Notes: generated by a model not told the origin, from the sequence alone. A stretch of 64,000 nucleotides of DNA from a virus (IMGVR_UViG_2595698876_000001:67428-131427), one strand, 5' to 3'. Positions 29,866 to 38,221 are shown, counted from the first letter of the stretch. Numbers and translations are program-made.

Positions 29866-30028
29866 TTGTAAGTGCTTCTGTCCCCGGTGTCACCACGACT
29901 TAACTAGAAATGGTAGTTTTAAATCTGATACTGACGAAGGTGTAAGATATACGTGTACTACCTGCGGTTTAAAGACCTTATGGTACTTCGATGCACCTGT
30001 TCCGATACTAGTAAAAGAAGAGAAATAA
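29858..30028 (+). CDS. small zinc-ribbon protein (56 aa, four Cys in two CxxC pairs)
   Basis: RBS AAAGGAGAATG lies 7 nt upstream. Sequence contains CPRC...CTTCG. Followed by a strong terminator. Confidence 0.45.
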   Translation: MSSCKCFCPRCHHDLTRNGSFKSDTDEGVRYTCTTCGLKTLWYFDAPVPILVKEEK

Positions 30029-30050
30029 AAAATCTCTTCTTTTTTTATTT
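30016..30050 (+). terminator. rho-independent terminator after the TF1-like/Zn-ribbon operon
   Basis: AGAAGAGA-aataaaaaa-TCTCTTCT followed by TTTTTTT. Confidence 0.7.
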
Positions 30051-30056
30051 TTATTG

Positions 30057-30085
30057 TTGACTTTTAGAATAGTAGAGTGTAATAT
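30057..30085 (+). promoter_or_regulatory. sigma-A-type promoter: TTGACTTTTAG-17-TAATAT
   Basis: gttgacttttagaatagtagagtgtaatat. Confidence 0.6.
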
Positions 30086-30126
30086 AAAGACATAAGATAA
30101 CAACACAAAAACAAGGAGGTGCAAAA

Positions 30127-30405
30127 ATGAAACAAGAATGTCCCCAGTGTAAAGGAGAAGGATATGTGAGAGTAAGTCTGGATGGGGCAATGAAATGTGG
30201 AGCCTGTCAGGGTTCGGGTTGCAAAGAAGAAGAGAAAGATGAAGTGTTCCTAGTAATACTAGAAAATGATTTTGGTAGGGATACTGTAGTAGCTGTAAGG
30301 AAAGACAGACAAGTAGCTATAGATTTAATGAATGAAAAAGATGACTACTGTAAGGATAATGGTTTTCCATACGGACACCGAGTAGAAAGGCATGATGTAA
30401 AATGA
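30127..30405 (+). CDS. DnaJ-type zinc-finger miniprotein (CxxCxGxG repeats)
   Basis: CPQCKGEGY and CGACQGSGC. Downstream of a consensus sigma-A promoter. RBS AAGGAGGTGCAAAA. Confidence 0.55.
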   Translation: MKQECPQCKGEGYVRVSLDGAMKCGACQGSGCKEEEKDEVFLVILENDFGRDTVVAVRKDRQVAIDLMNEKDDYCKDNGFPYGHRVERHDVK

Positions 30406-30605
30406 GTAGTTATGCTAGAGATATGGTAGAAGCGCATGAAACGTATGCTAGACAAATTCAATCTTTTATGTGGGAAGGTAAACCTAATAAAAGCAACAAG
30501 AAAGTACATACTGTAGAAGAGTTAGAAGAGTTTTTAGAAAACTTGAGAAAAGATGCTTGGAGTAACTATGATAACGGAGCATACTCGTTAGGGTGGAGGG
30601 GTTAA
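30402..30605 (+). CDS. hypothetical protein (67 aa)
   Basis: ORF coupled to its neighbour (ATGA). Confidence 0.45.
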   Translation: MSSYARDMVEAHETYARQIQSFMWEGKPNKSNKKVHTVEELEEFLENLRKDAWSNYDNGAYSLGWRG

Positions 30606-30606
30606 A

Positions 30607-30849
30607 ATGCCAAAAGTACATAAGGTTACACTATATGTTGTAGATTTAAATGGTGATTACGATAACTACACAGAGGAAGAGGTTGCAGAAGAAGTTAAGC
30701 AACATGTAGACTTGCAACTAGATACTATGAGCCATGTAGGTAAAATAGAGTCATCAGAAGAGTTCGAGTGGGATGATGAATTAAAAATCAACTACACAAA
30801 CGCTACAACGAAGGACTATGAAGAGTATTTTAAAAAGGAGGGGAAATAA
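30607..30849 (+). CDS. hypothetical acidic protein (80 aa)
   Basis: ORF with RBS GGAGGGGTTAAA. Confidence 0.45.
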   Translation: MPKVHKVTLYVVDLNGDYDNYTEEEVAEEVKQHVDLQLDTMSHVGKIESSEEFEWDDELKINYTNATTKDYEEYFKKEGK

Positions 30850-31038
30850 ATGGCTATTAAAAAAGAAGTATTCGTAATGTCGGTTGTATTCGATACACGA
30901 GATACATACGGTGAATCCGCATTAGAGTCCATCGAACATGAGATGTATAACCTAGATGGTTTTATCGAATGGGATTCTAAAATCAAGAAAGTAGAAACAC
31001 TGGAAGTTAAAGAAGAGGATTTAGAGGAGGGAGAATAG
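30850..31038 (+). CDS. hypothetical acidic protein (62 aa)
   Basis: ORF with RBS AAGGAGGGGAAATAA. Confidence 0.45.
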   Translation: MAIKKEVFVMSVVFDTRDTYGESALESIEHEMYNLDGFIEWDSKIKKVETLEVKEEDLEEGE

Positions 31039-31450
31039 TGAAAAAAGTAAGTATTAACTTAACTTTAGAAGATAATGAATTATTCGAGAAAAGTATTAAG
31101 GATGCGCTGATTTCACAAGCGAAACAAATTTCTAGAGAAGAAATCGATAAAGCTCTTACATATGAAATAAATAGAGTGGCGACAGCTAGGGTTAATGAAT
31201 TAAAGAATGGAGGGTATTGGAACTATACGCAAACAGAAATTACAAAAAATATCGCAAAACGATTGGAAAAAGAAATAACAATCGACAGAGATGCGCTAAC
31301 TGCTCTTCTAGAAGAAAAAGTAAATAAGTATTTAGACGACAAAATCCATTTATTCGGCGGAATAGACAAGTATGTGCAAAACTATATCAACAATGCTATC
31401 GCTGATTTATTAACAAATAAACGGTAGATTTTAGAGGAGGGAGAATAATG
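31018..31450 (+). repeat. duplicated about 21-nt translation-initiation cassette GATTT(T)AGAGGAGGGAGAATA at 31018-31040 and 31426-31447
   Basis: Near-identical strings precede the starts of the genes at 31038 and 31448. Confidence 0.5.
31038..31427 (+). CDS. hypothetical protein (129 aa, GTG start)
   Basis: RBS GAGGAGGGAGAATA. The same about 21-nt RBS cassette is repeated at 31428. Confidence 0.5.
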   Translation: MKKVSINLTLEDNELFEKSIKDALISQAKQISREEIDKALTYEINRVATARVNELKNGGYWNYTQTEITKNIAKRLEKEITIDRDALTALLEEKVNKYLDDKIHLFGGIDKYVQNYINNAIADLLTNKR

Positions 31451-31582
31451 TACTCTCTATTAGTAGGAATTATAATGTTATTAATCTTATTCGCTGGTCT
31501 TTGGGTATTAGCAGGTAAGAAAGGTATTTTTGAATACATTGGCGGTTTAGTAGAAAAATTTATTAATCTATTTAAAAATTAG
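31448..31582 (+). CDS. small single-pass membrane peptide (44 aa)
   Basis: Strong RBS GAGGAGGGAGAATAATG. Hydrophobic LLVGIIMLLILFAGLWVLAG. Lies immediately upstream of the SPFH gene. Not in the ORF track (<60 aa). Confidence 0.45.
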   Translation: MYSLLVGIIMLLILFAGLWVLAGKKGIFEYIGGLVEKFINLFKN

Positions 31583-31594
31583 GAGGAAAATACT

Positions 31595-32422
31595 ATGAAT
31601 TTATCAAAAAGCACATGGAACATGAAAAAGGTAGTAGGAGCATCAGTATTAGGAGTAATGATTTTAGGTGGCGGTATTTTTACTGCGATGAGTGTTACAA
31701 GTATTGAACAAGGTCATGTAGGCGTAGTTTACAACCGTGGATATGGTATCGAGAAAGAAACATTAGGTCAAGGCTGGCATTGGGTCGCACCGTGGAAACG
31801 AGTTACTGCATACCCGATTTCTACAGCAACAGTAAATGTGGACAAGTTTAACGTACAAACGAAAGATGGTAAACCATTAACAGTTAGTTTATCTTATGAC
31901 TACGCGAATGATGTGGACAAGTTACCAGCAATCTACAATAAGTTTAAAGGACAAGCTCCGGATGTAACAGAGAATGGTTGGTTACAAACTCGTATCAAGA
32001 AAGCTACACTAAATGTATTCTCTAACTATTCAGTTCTAGAAGTGTTCCAGCATCAAGGAGACATTAACGCTAAAATTGAAAAAGAGTTTAAAGCAATGGT
32101 AACTAACACAGGATTCTTAGTGGACTCTGTAACGTTAGAAGCGCCTAAACCAGATGCAAACACAGCTAAAGCGATTCAAGGCGTAGTAGATGCTCAACAG
32201 AACTTAGAAAAAGCGGAAATTGAAAAGAAACAAGCTACAATTACTGCTGAGAAGTTAATTGAAGAAGCTCGTGGTAAAGCGGAGTCTAACCGTATCGTCA
32301 AAGAATCATTAACACCAGAACTTCTTGAATCTAAGAAAATTGAGAAATGGAACGGGGAAGTACCGAAGGTACAAGGCTCTGGAGGTAACATGTTACAATT
32401 ACCTGCTGACATCCTAAAATAA
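31595..32422 (+). CDS. SPFH/band-7 (stomatin/prohibitin/HflKC-like) membrane protein
   Basis: N-terminal TM helix VVGASVLGVMILGGGIFTAM, then an SPFH core IEQGHVGVVYNRGYGIEKETLGQGWHWVAPWKRV and a C-terminal coiled coil. Confidence 0.65.
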   Translation: MNLSKSTWNMKKVVGASVLGVMILGGGIFTAMSVTSIEQGHVGVVYNRGYGIEKETLGQGWHWVAPWKRVTAYPISTATVNVDKFNVQTKDGKPLTVSLSYDYANDVDKLPAIYNKFKGQAPDVTENGWLQTRIKKATLNVFSNYSVLEVFQHQGDINAKIEKEFKAMVTNTGFLVDSVTLEAPKPDANTAKAIQGVVDAQQNLEKAEIEKKQATITAEKLIEEARGKAESNRIVKESLTPELLESKKIEKWNGEVPKVQGSGGNMLQLPADILK

Positions 32423-32464
32423 TTTAGTATAACATAAGAGGGGCATATTTGTCTCTCTTTTTTA

Positions 32465-32493
32465 TTGTTTATTAATAGAGTTTGTGATATAAT
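32465..32493 (+). promoter_or_regulatory. promoter with extended -10 TGaTATAAT upstream of the DNA polymerase gene
   Basis: ttgtttattaatagagtttgtgatataat. Confidence 0.45.
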
Positions 32494-32515
32494 AGAGAGA
32501 GAAGGAGGAGATAGG

Positions 32516-35500
32516 TTGAAGATATTATTCGCACAGGAATACCTAAGAGAAAACCACATGAAGAAGATGGAAGATGGAAGTCTTAAAAATGTGTTTCTCT
32601 CTACTAGAGGCGGGAAGTTATTAAAAAATCTTATTACAGATGGATTAGGACTAGACAACAAAGATTTTTACATCGATTACGCCTATTATGCAGTACCGCA
32701 AGTTATTGGTAGGGATAAGAGTGGACGAGCCGTTAAATATAAGCAGCCCGCCCAGAAAGACGCAAACCCATTGCATGAAGAGTTTAGAGCGCGTATCGTA
32801 AAAGAAAGACCTGATATTATCGTTCCTTCTGGTAATCTAGGTTGTAAAGCTCTTTTGGGTAAAGCATCTATTTCTACGATGCGTGGGGTACCGCAAAAAG
32901 TTACATTTTCCGTAGAGGAAGACGTATTCATTGAAAGTATTAACATCGATGGTGACGATGAATCAGGTTGGACTAAAGAAACCAAACGTCATACCTGCTG
33001 GGTTCTACCGATGTACTCGATGGAATATATGCTGGTAAATCCGAAGATTCAGAATTTAGTAGAAGCGGATTTTGGTACACTTAAGAAATTTGTGGATGAT
33101 GGTGAGGATGCATTCGTAGCTAAGAAAGTTAAATACGAAGATGTAACCACTATCGAACGCGCACGAGAGATATTCACAAAGATTGTACATGAAGCTCCAG
33201 TAGTCGCATGGGATTTAGAGACTAACACTTTAAGCCCAGAACGAATAGGTGCCAAGCCTCTAGTAATCTCCTTATGTTGGAAAGAAGGTACTGGTGTTAC
33301 TATCCCGCTAGAACATAAGGACTTCATGTGGCTCCCGGGACATCTAGCAGAGATTTATAAATACATAGAAGAGTTTGTAGGAAATGAAAATATCATAAAA
33401 GTAGGACACAACATAAAGTATGACCAAAAATTCCTACGACTAACAAGAAATATTACACGATTTAAAAATAACCGTGATACGAAGACAATGTACTACTTAC
33501 TTGTCAATCAGGATGTAAAAGGTTCATTACGATTATCAGACCTAACATATGAATTTACAGATATGGGTGGATATGATAAAGCACTAGAAGACTACAAGAA
33601 ACAATACATAGAAGATTACAAAGCAAGTGAAAAAGCTCGTATCGAAAAGCAAAAAGCAGAGTGGAAAGCGAAATGCGATGCAGAACGTGAACAAGCTAGT
33701 AACGCGATAAAAGAAATGAAAGCGGATATCAACGCTGCAATCAAGGAACTTCGTTCTGAGTTGAAGGTTGTCAATAAGACGATTAAGAAGCTAGAGAAAG
33801 ATGAACAACCTCTTACAGAGTTCTTAGCTGGTAGACCGGATTACTTAACAAACCGAATTGAAGAGCTTAAACAACTACGTGATAGACAAGCGCAAGAGTG
33901 GAAGTATGAGAAACCAGAAACTCCGAAGTGGGATGAAGTAAAAGCTCCTGTTAATGAGGTAGATGGTGGAGACTTCAACTATGAATGGATTCCTTTATGG
34001 GAAATGCTTTCTCCTTACGCTTCTGGTGACGTTGACGCGTGTTTACGCATCTATAACCAATTAGCTGCTAGATGCACGAAGAAAGGTCTAAAGAAGATAC
34101 AAGACCTTTATACAGGTCATTATCCGGAGCTTGTGAACGTTCTAGCTAAGATTGAAGCTACAGGTATCAAAACGGATATCCCGTACATCAAGAGCCTTGT
34201 AAAAGCTTATACGAAAGAAGAAAACAGACTTATTGCTCTTATGCGTAAGTTTCCTGAGATTAAGAAGCTAAAAGAGGAAAAAGAAGAGCTGTACCGCAAG
34301 GGACTAGAAGAGAAGATGAAGCCTGTTAAGTTCCGTGATACGGAAATAGCGAAGTTACGTGACAAGTATAAGGATGAAGCGGACAGGGAGTTTAACCCGA
34401 ACTCATCCGATGACAAGCAAAAAGTCATGTTCAAGTATACAGGTATTAAGCTTCCGTTCAACCGAGAGCATCTAGTAGATTCTGCTGTAGAGAACAACTT
34501 AGAAGAGGACGAAATCGAATGGTACCATTACAAGTCTAACTCCGCTAACATGAAGTATATAGCGCAGCACTACCCAGAGATGAAAGAACTAGCAGAGTTA
34601 CTGGTAGAGTTCTCACTGGTTAAGACTCGTAAACAGAACTTCACATATAAGTTCTTAAGTATGGTAGACCATAATGATATCTTGCATGGTTCATTCAACA
34701 GTGAAGGGACAGAGACAAGCCGTTTATCATCAGCGAATCCTAATATGCAAAATATGCCCCGTAAATCAGGGGACGTATACCGATTCGATTATAAACATCC
34801 AATCAAACGTATGTTTATTTCTAGGTTCGAAGGTGGAGCATTAATCCAGCTCGATTACAGCTCATTAGAGTCTCGTGTAATGGCTTTAGATGCAATGGAT
34901 ATGGATATGATTAAGTCGTTCTTCGATGGCGAGGATATCCATAGACAGACCGCAGCCTTAACATTCCGTAAGCCACCAGAGGATGTTACAGACGATGAAC
35001 GTACAAAAGCGAAAGCCGTATCGTTCGGTTTAGCGTATGGTGAGGTTCCGTTCTCATTCGCACCTAAACATAACATGACTGTAGATGAAGCGGAAAAGCT
35101 ATTTAAAGACTTCTTCGCAGGGAAACCGCGACTAGAACAGTACATAGAAGAGAATAAAGGAATCGCAATGAAAGCTGGTAGTATCTCGTGTCTACAAGGC
35201 TACACTCGTAATCTACGAGATGTGTATTCACAAGATAAACAGAAACGTAACGGTGCATTACGTCAGGCTACCAATACGCGTATACAGGGTTCTGGTGCGT
35301 TCCTAACGAATAACTCATTAATCTACATCAATAACCTGATTGAGAAAATGAACTTACGCTCTCGTATTGTACTAACGGTACACGATAGTATCGTAATTGA
35401 CTGTCCACCAGAAGAGATTAAGTTAATGGCTCATATCGGTAAGAAGGTCATGGAAAACCTACCTATCGATTGGTTATGGATTGACTGGGAAGGGGAAAGA

Positions 35501-35734
35501 AGAAGATTCCCTATCACGGCTGATGTCGAGATTGGTGTTACATACAATGACATGGTAGATTACAACCCAGACGACTTAGATACATTCGATTCTGTAGCTG
35601 GTTACTGTAAGTACCACGGAGACTTAAAGAACGTTAAGAACTATAAGAACTCTAAGGCGATTACAGAAGAGAAGTATGATGAACTAGTAGAAGTAATTAA
35701 GTCAAATAAACCGCAATACCAAAAAATAGCTTAA
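32516..35734 (+). CDS. DNA polymerase, family A: N-terminal UDG-like domain + 3'-5' exonuclease + polymerase
   Basis: TTG start with RBS GAAGGAGGAG (ORF track start 32465). Exo I VVAWDLETNTL, Exo II HNIKYDQKF, Exo III YASGDVDA. Pol motif A LIQLDYSSLESR, motif B RTKAKAVSFGLAYG, motif C VHDSIVID. Confidence 0.9.
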   Translation: MKILFAQEYLRENHMKKMEDGSLKNVFLSTRGGKLLKNLITDGLGLDNKDFYIDYAYYAVPQVIGRDKSGRAVKYKQPAQKDANPLHEEFRARIVKERPDIIVPSGNLGCKALLGKASISTMRGVPQKVTFSVEEDVFIESINIDGDDESGWTKETKRHTCWVLPMYSMEYMLVNPKIQNLVEADFGTLKKFVDDGEDAFVAKKVKYEDVTTIERAREIFTKIVHEAPVVAWDLETNTLSPERIGAKPLVISLCWKEGTGVTIPLEHKDFMWLPGHLAEIYKYIEEFVGNENIIKVGHNIKYDQKFLRLTRNITRFKNNRDTKTMYYLLVNQDVKGSLRLSDLTYEFTDMGGYDKALEDYKKQYIEDYKASEKARIEKQKAEWKAKCDAEREQASNAIKEMKADINAAIKELRSELKVVNKTIKKLEKDEQPLTEFLAGRPDYLTNRIEELKQLRDRQAQEWKYEKPETPKWDEVKAPVNEVDGGDFNYEWIPLWEMLSPYASGDVDACLRIYNQLAARCTKKGLKKIQDLYTGHYPELVNVLAKIEATGIKTDIPYIKSLVKAYTKEENRLIALMRKFPEIKKLKEEKEELYRKGLEEKMKPVKFRDTEIAKLRDKYKDEADREFNPNSSDDKQKVMFKYTGIKLPFNREHLVDSAVENNLEEDEIEWYHYKSNSANMKYIAQHYPEMKELAELLVEFSLVKTRKQNFTYKFLSMVDHNDILHGSFNSEGTETSRLSSANPNMQNMPRKSGDVYRFDYKHPIKRMFISRFEGGALIQLDYSSLESRVMALDAMDMDMIKSFFDGEDIHRQTAALTFRKPPEDVTDDERTKAKAVSFGLAYGEVPFSFAPKHNMTVDEAEKLFKDFFAGKPRLEQYIEENKGIAMKAGSISCLQGYTRNLRDVYSQDKQKRNGALRQATNTRIQGSGAFLTNNSLIYINNLIEKMNLRSRIVLTVHDSIVIDCPPEEIKLMAHIGKKVMENLPIDWLWIDWEGERRRFPITADVEIGVTYNDMVDYNPDDLDTFDSVAGYCKYHGDLKNVKNYKNSKAITEEKYDELVEVIKSNKPQYQKIA

Positions 35735-35743
35735 GGAGGACTT

Positions 35744-35872
35744 ATGGTGGGTATAAAAATATTTACAGAAGAAGAATTAGATGCAATGGAATGGCATGAC
35801 TTATTAGAATTGCATCTAGTTCTATCAGAAAATCTAGACAAAGTAAACATAGAAATCAACAATAGAATTTAA
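35744..35872 (+). CDS. small hypothetical protein (42 aa)
   Basis: RBS TAAGGAGGACTT precedes the ATG. Not in the ORF track. Confidence 0.35.
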   Translation: MVGIKIFTEEELDAMEWHDLLELHLVLSENLDKVNIEINNRI

Positions 35873-35890
35873 TAAAAGGGAGAGATTTTA

Positions 35891-36145
35891 ATGGAGAAGA
35901 AAGCAAAATGGATTTTTATTGGAGAGTCTGGCGAGTTCTTTACAAAGAGCAAGTTTTACCCGGAGATTGATAGAGCATCTACCGATTGGGGTGGGATTTC
36001 AGAAGAGGCGTTTATCGACATTATCAATAACGAGTTCGAAGTAGAACACCCAATCGATGAAAATTATAAGTTCTTTATCGATAATGAGGGCGAACCGCAT
36101 CTAATGGACAAAGAGTTTTGGCAAATTAATTTCTATAGACTATAA
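35891..36145 (+). CDS. hypothetical protein (84 aa)
   Basis: ORF with RBS AAAGGGAGAGATTTTA. Confidence 0.5.
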   Translation: MEKKAKWIFIGESGEFFTKSKFYPEIDRASTDWGGISEEAFIDIINNEFEVEHPIDENYKFFIDNEGEPHLMDKEFWQINFYRL

Positions 36146-36159
36146 GGAGGGAAATACAT

Positions 36160-36417
36160 ATGTATATTAGCGAATTAAACTATGAAGAGAATGACTGGGT
36201 AGGTAGAGAATGCTACTTACCTAACTATTTACTAGGTTTGGAAATAGAAGGAGTTATGTACACAATTTGTCGCGTAGCTTATATTGACGAAGTTACCGAG
36301 ACTGTCTATGTACTCTATACGCATCCGGACGATGTAGGAGGTGAAGAAGGAACAGCAACCCAGCGATACGCATACATCCCTAAAGCTGACTTTGCTCAAA
36401 ACGCTATGTGGACATAA
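36160..36417 (+). CDS. hypothetical protein (85 aa)
   Basis: ORF with RBS TAAGGAGGGAAATACAT, followed by a terminator. Confidence 0.5.
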   Translation: MYISELNYEENDWVGRECYLPNYLLGLEIEGVMYTICRVAYIDEVTETVYVLYTHPDDVGGEEGTATQRYAYIPKADFAQNAMWT

Positions 36418-36433
36418 AAATAAAAAAGTTTAA

Positions 36434-36461
36434 GAGAAGGGGTTGACCCTTCTCTTTTTTG
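36434..36461 (+). terminator. rho-independent terminator
   Basis: AGAGAAGGG-gttga-CCCTTCTCT followed by TTTTTT. Confidence 0.75.
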
Positions 36462-36505
36462 ATGGTATTCTTTACTTACAGGCAACAACAAAAGGAGATG
36501 AGAGC

Positions 36506-36655
36506 ATGACTACAGAGGAAATACTAGAAAGTATTAGAGGTACAGAGGTGACAATTGATTTAGTATTCTTCACTGGAATATCAACAGGAGACTTAGTAGC
36601 GCATACTGTACCGCACACATTTGTTATTGGAGAAGAAAAGGAGATGAGAGAATGA
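36506..36655 (+). CDS. small hypothetical protein (49 aa; ORF track start 36443 lies inside the upstream terminator)
   Basis: RBS AAAAGGAGATGAGAGC precedes the ATG at 36506, which is in frame with the track ORF. Confidence 0.4.
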   Translation: MTTEEILESIRGTEVTIDLVFFTGISTGDLVAHTVPHTFVIGEEKEMRE

Positions 36656-36900
36656 TTAAAGTATACACGATATGGGATTGGGACAATGGACAACCATTAA
36701 CAATGGTATATGACGAAGATGGTCATAAGATTTTACAGATTAATGAAAAGTTTGAAGCGGATTTCGATACTGTTTACTTGTTCGGTGATAAGCTTTACAC
36801 ACTAGAAAGTATAAAAGATGATGGTAAGTACTTCATATTTGACGAGTACAACAAAGGAATGAAAGGTCTTATAACTAAAACGGAGGTGGATTTTAAATGA
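36652..36900 (+). CDS. hypothetical protein (82 aa)
   Basis: ORF coupled to its neighbour (ATGA) with RBS AAGGAGATGAGAG. Confidence 0.5.
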   Translation: MIKVYTIWDWDNGQPLTMVYDEDGHKILQINEKFEADFDTVYLFGDKLYTLESIKDDGKYFIFDEYNKGMKGLITKTEVDFK

Positions 36901-37259
36901 ACTATAACATGTTTTATAAAGGAACGTACATAGGGTATGTATCAGATAAAGATGTGTTTTTGGAATCAGAAGGGGTTACATTTGAAGAACGAGTAGAAAA
37001 AGAGGAACCGCCATTTAGTATAGCTATCGAAGTGTTTGGGATTGATAAACCTAGTTGGCAATTGGTGGATATGGATGATGTTATTTTAGAATCAGGTATG
37101 GGTAGCCCGGATTATGACTACGGAAAAACTTATGAGTACAAAGGATGCGTGTATGTACTCGAAGACCATGACCATTGCTTCGGTCACTCTAGGTTTGACC
37201 TTATTAAACTAGTGGATGAAAATAGAAGAAGTTTACTACCGGAGGTGCAGAATGATTAG
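36897..37259 (+). CDS. hypothetical protein (120 aa)
   Basis: ORF coupled to its neighbour (ATGA). Confidence 0.5.
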   Translation: MNYNMFYKGTYIGYVSDKDVFLESEGVTFEERVEKEEPPFSIAIEVFGIDKPSWQLVDMDDVILESGMGSPDYDYGKTYEYKGCVYVLEDHDHCFGHSRFDLIKLVDENRRSLLPEVQND

Positions 37260-37536
37260 TAAAAAAGATTACAAACGGTTCATTGATAACTTCGATAGTG
37301 CGTTTGAAGATATAGAGGTAGCTTTGGAGTCTATGGTGCATAAGACTATTATGATGCAGGTGTGCGATTTAACAGGAGATGAGAATGGTAAAGGGGTATT
37401 CGTAGAAGTAACAATTATGGATTATGAACTAGATGGGTTTATGGTAACAGTAGGGTTCATTGACCCATTAAACAATAACGTACCTGATGTAAGATACTTA
37501 ACGATTAATGATATTGCTAGAGAGGGGGAATGGTAA
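37252..37536 (+). CDS. hypothetical protein (about 94 aa; track start 37216, ATG 37252 with RBS CCGGAGGTGCAGA preferred)
   Basis: ORF with an in-frame ATG and RBS. Confidence 0.45.
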   Translation: MISKKDYKRFIDNFDSAFEDIEVALESMVHKTIMMQVCDLTGDENGKGVFVEVTIMDYELDGFMVTVGFIDPLNNNVPDVRYLTINDIAREGEW

Positions 37537-37838
37537 TGGCTAAAGTCAACTTACTAAATATTAAAAAAGAAGTGGACAAGCTTGTAAAGTTGTGTAACAG
37601 CTTAAAAGGTCACTACTGTACCTTACCCGCAGATATATTAGAAATGGGGTGGCTAGGAAATCTACAAGTAAAATGTAAGATTAGAGAAGTGGATTTATTT
37701 GAAGGGTATGTAGGTGTACTATTTATAGACCCTGACCCAGACCCGAATGAAAAAGCTTATGGACTAATCGAATACGTAGACATTGACAAGTTCCAAGAAA
37801 ATGTAGGGTGGGGATGGGACACTGAGGAGGAATTATAA
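37536..37838 (+). CDS. hypothetical protein (about 100 aa; track start 37530)
   Basis: RBS AGAGGGGGAA sits 6 nt before the ATG at 37536. Confidence 0.45.
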   Translation: MAKVNLLNIKKEVDKLVKLCNSLKGHYCTLPADILEMGWLGNLQVKCKIREVDLFEGYVGVLFIDPDPDPNEKAYGLIEYVDIDKFQENVGWGWDTEEEL

Positions 37839-38041
37839 TGGCGGCTGCATCGGTAACAGTTAGTACAAACGTAGGTGGCTACAAAGAATGGCGTGTGTAT
37901 GGTGGTAATAGATTAGATGTAAGATGGATGAAAAGCGTTTACGAGAAAGCAGATTTTGAATGGATTAAAACAAAACATCCTAAGATGACACTAGAAGAGT
38001 GGAGAACTTTAAAATTGTCTTTAAATTTAAATAAGGGGTGA
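37838..38041 (+). CDS. hypothetical protein (67 aa)
   Basis: ORF with RBS GAGGAGGAATTATA. Confidence 0.45.
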   Translation: MAAASVTVSTNVGGYKEWRVYGGNRLDVRWMKSVYEKADFEWIKTKHPKMTLEEWRTLKLSLNLNKG

Positions 38042-38047
38042 AGTTAA

Positions 38048-38221
38048 ATGGAGACAGGAAGAGTTTATTACGAAGGGGATTTTGAATATAAGTGGAATGG
38101 CATCTGTTATGTGTATCGACACAAGAACGAATTTGATTGGGGTTTAGTTAGAACTACTAGTTTTCATATGGAAGTTATTAGACAGTTAGAACATGACTAT
38201 CACGAGGAGGATATATTTTGA
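38048..38221 (+). CDS. small hypothetical protein (57 aa)
   Basis: RBS AAGGGGTGAAGTTAA precedes the ATG. Not in the ORF track. Confidence 0.35.
   Translation: METGRVYYEGDFEYKWNGICYVYRHKNEFDWGLVRTTSFHMEVIRQLEHDYHEEDIF

Noticed and set aside
22052-35734. Group I introns or inteins in nrdE, nrdF or the DNA polymerase gene (common in SPO1/Twort-like phages)
   Set aside because: All three genes are continuous single ORFs with catalytic motifs in the expected order. The HNH endonucleases present are free-standing, not intron-encoded.
36443-36505. ORF-track start at 36443 inside the terminator hairpin
   Set aside because: Translation start inside a stable terminator stem with no RBS is unlikely. 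The in-frame ATG at 36506 with RBS AAAAGGAGATGAG is preferred.
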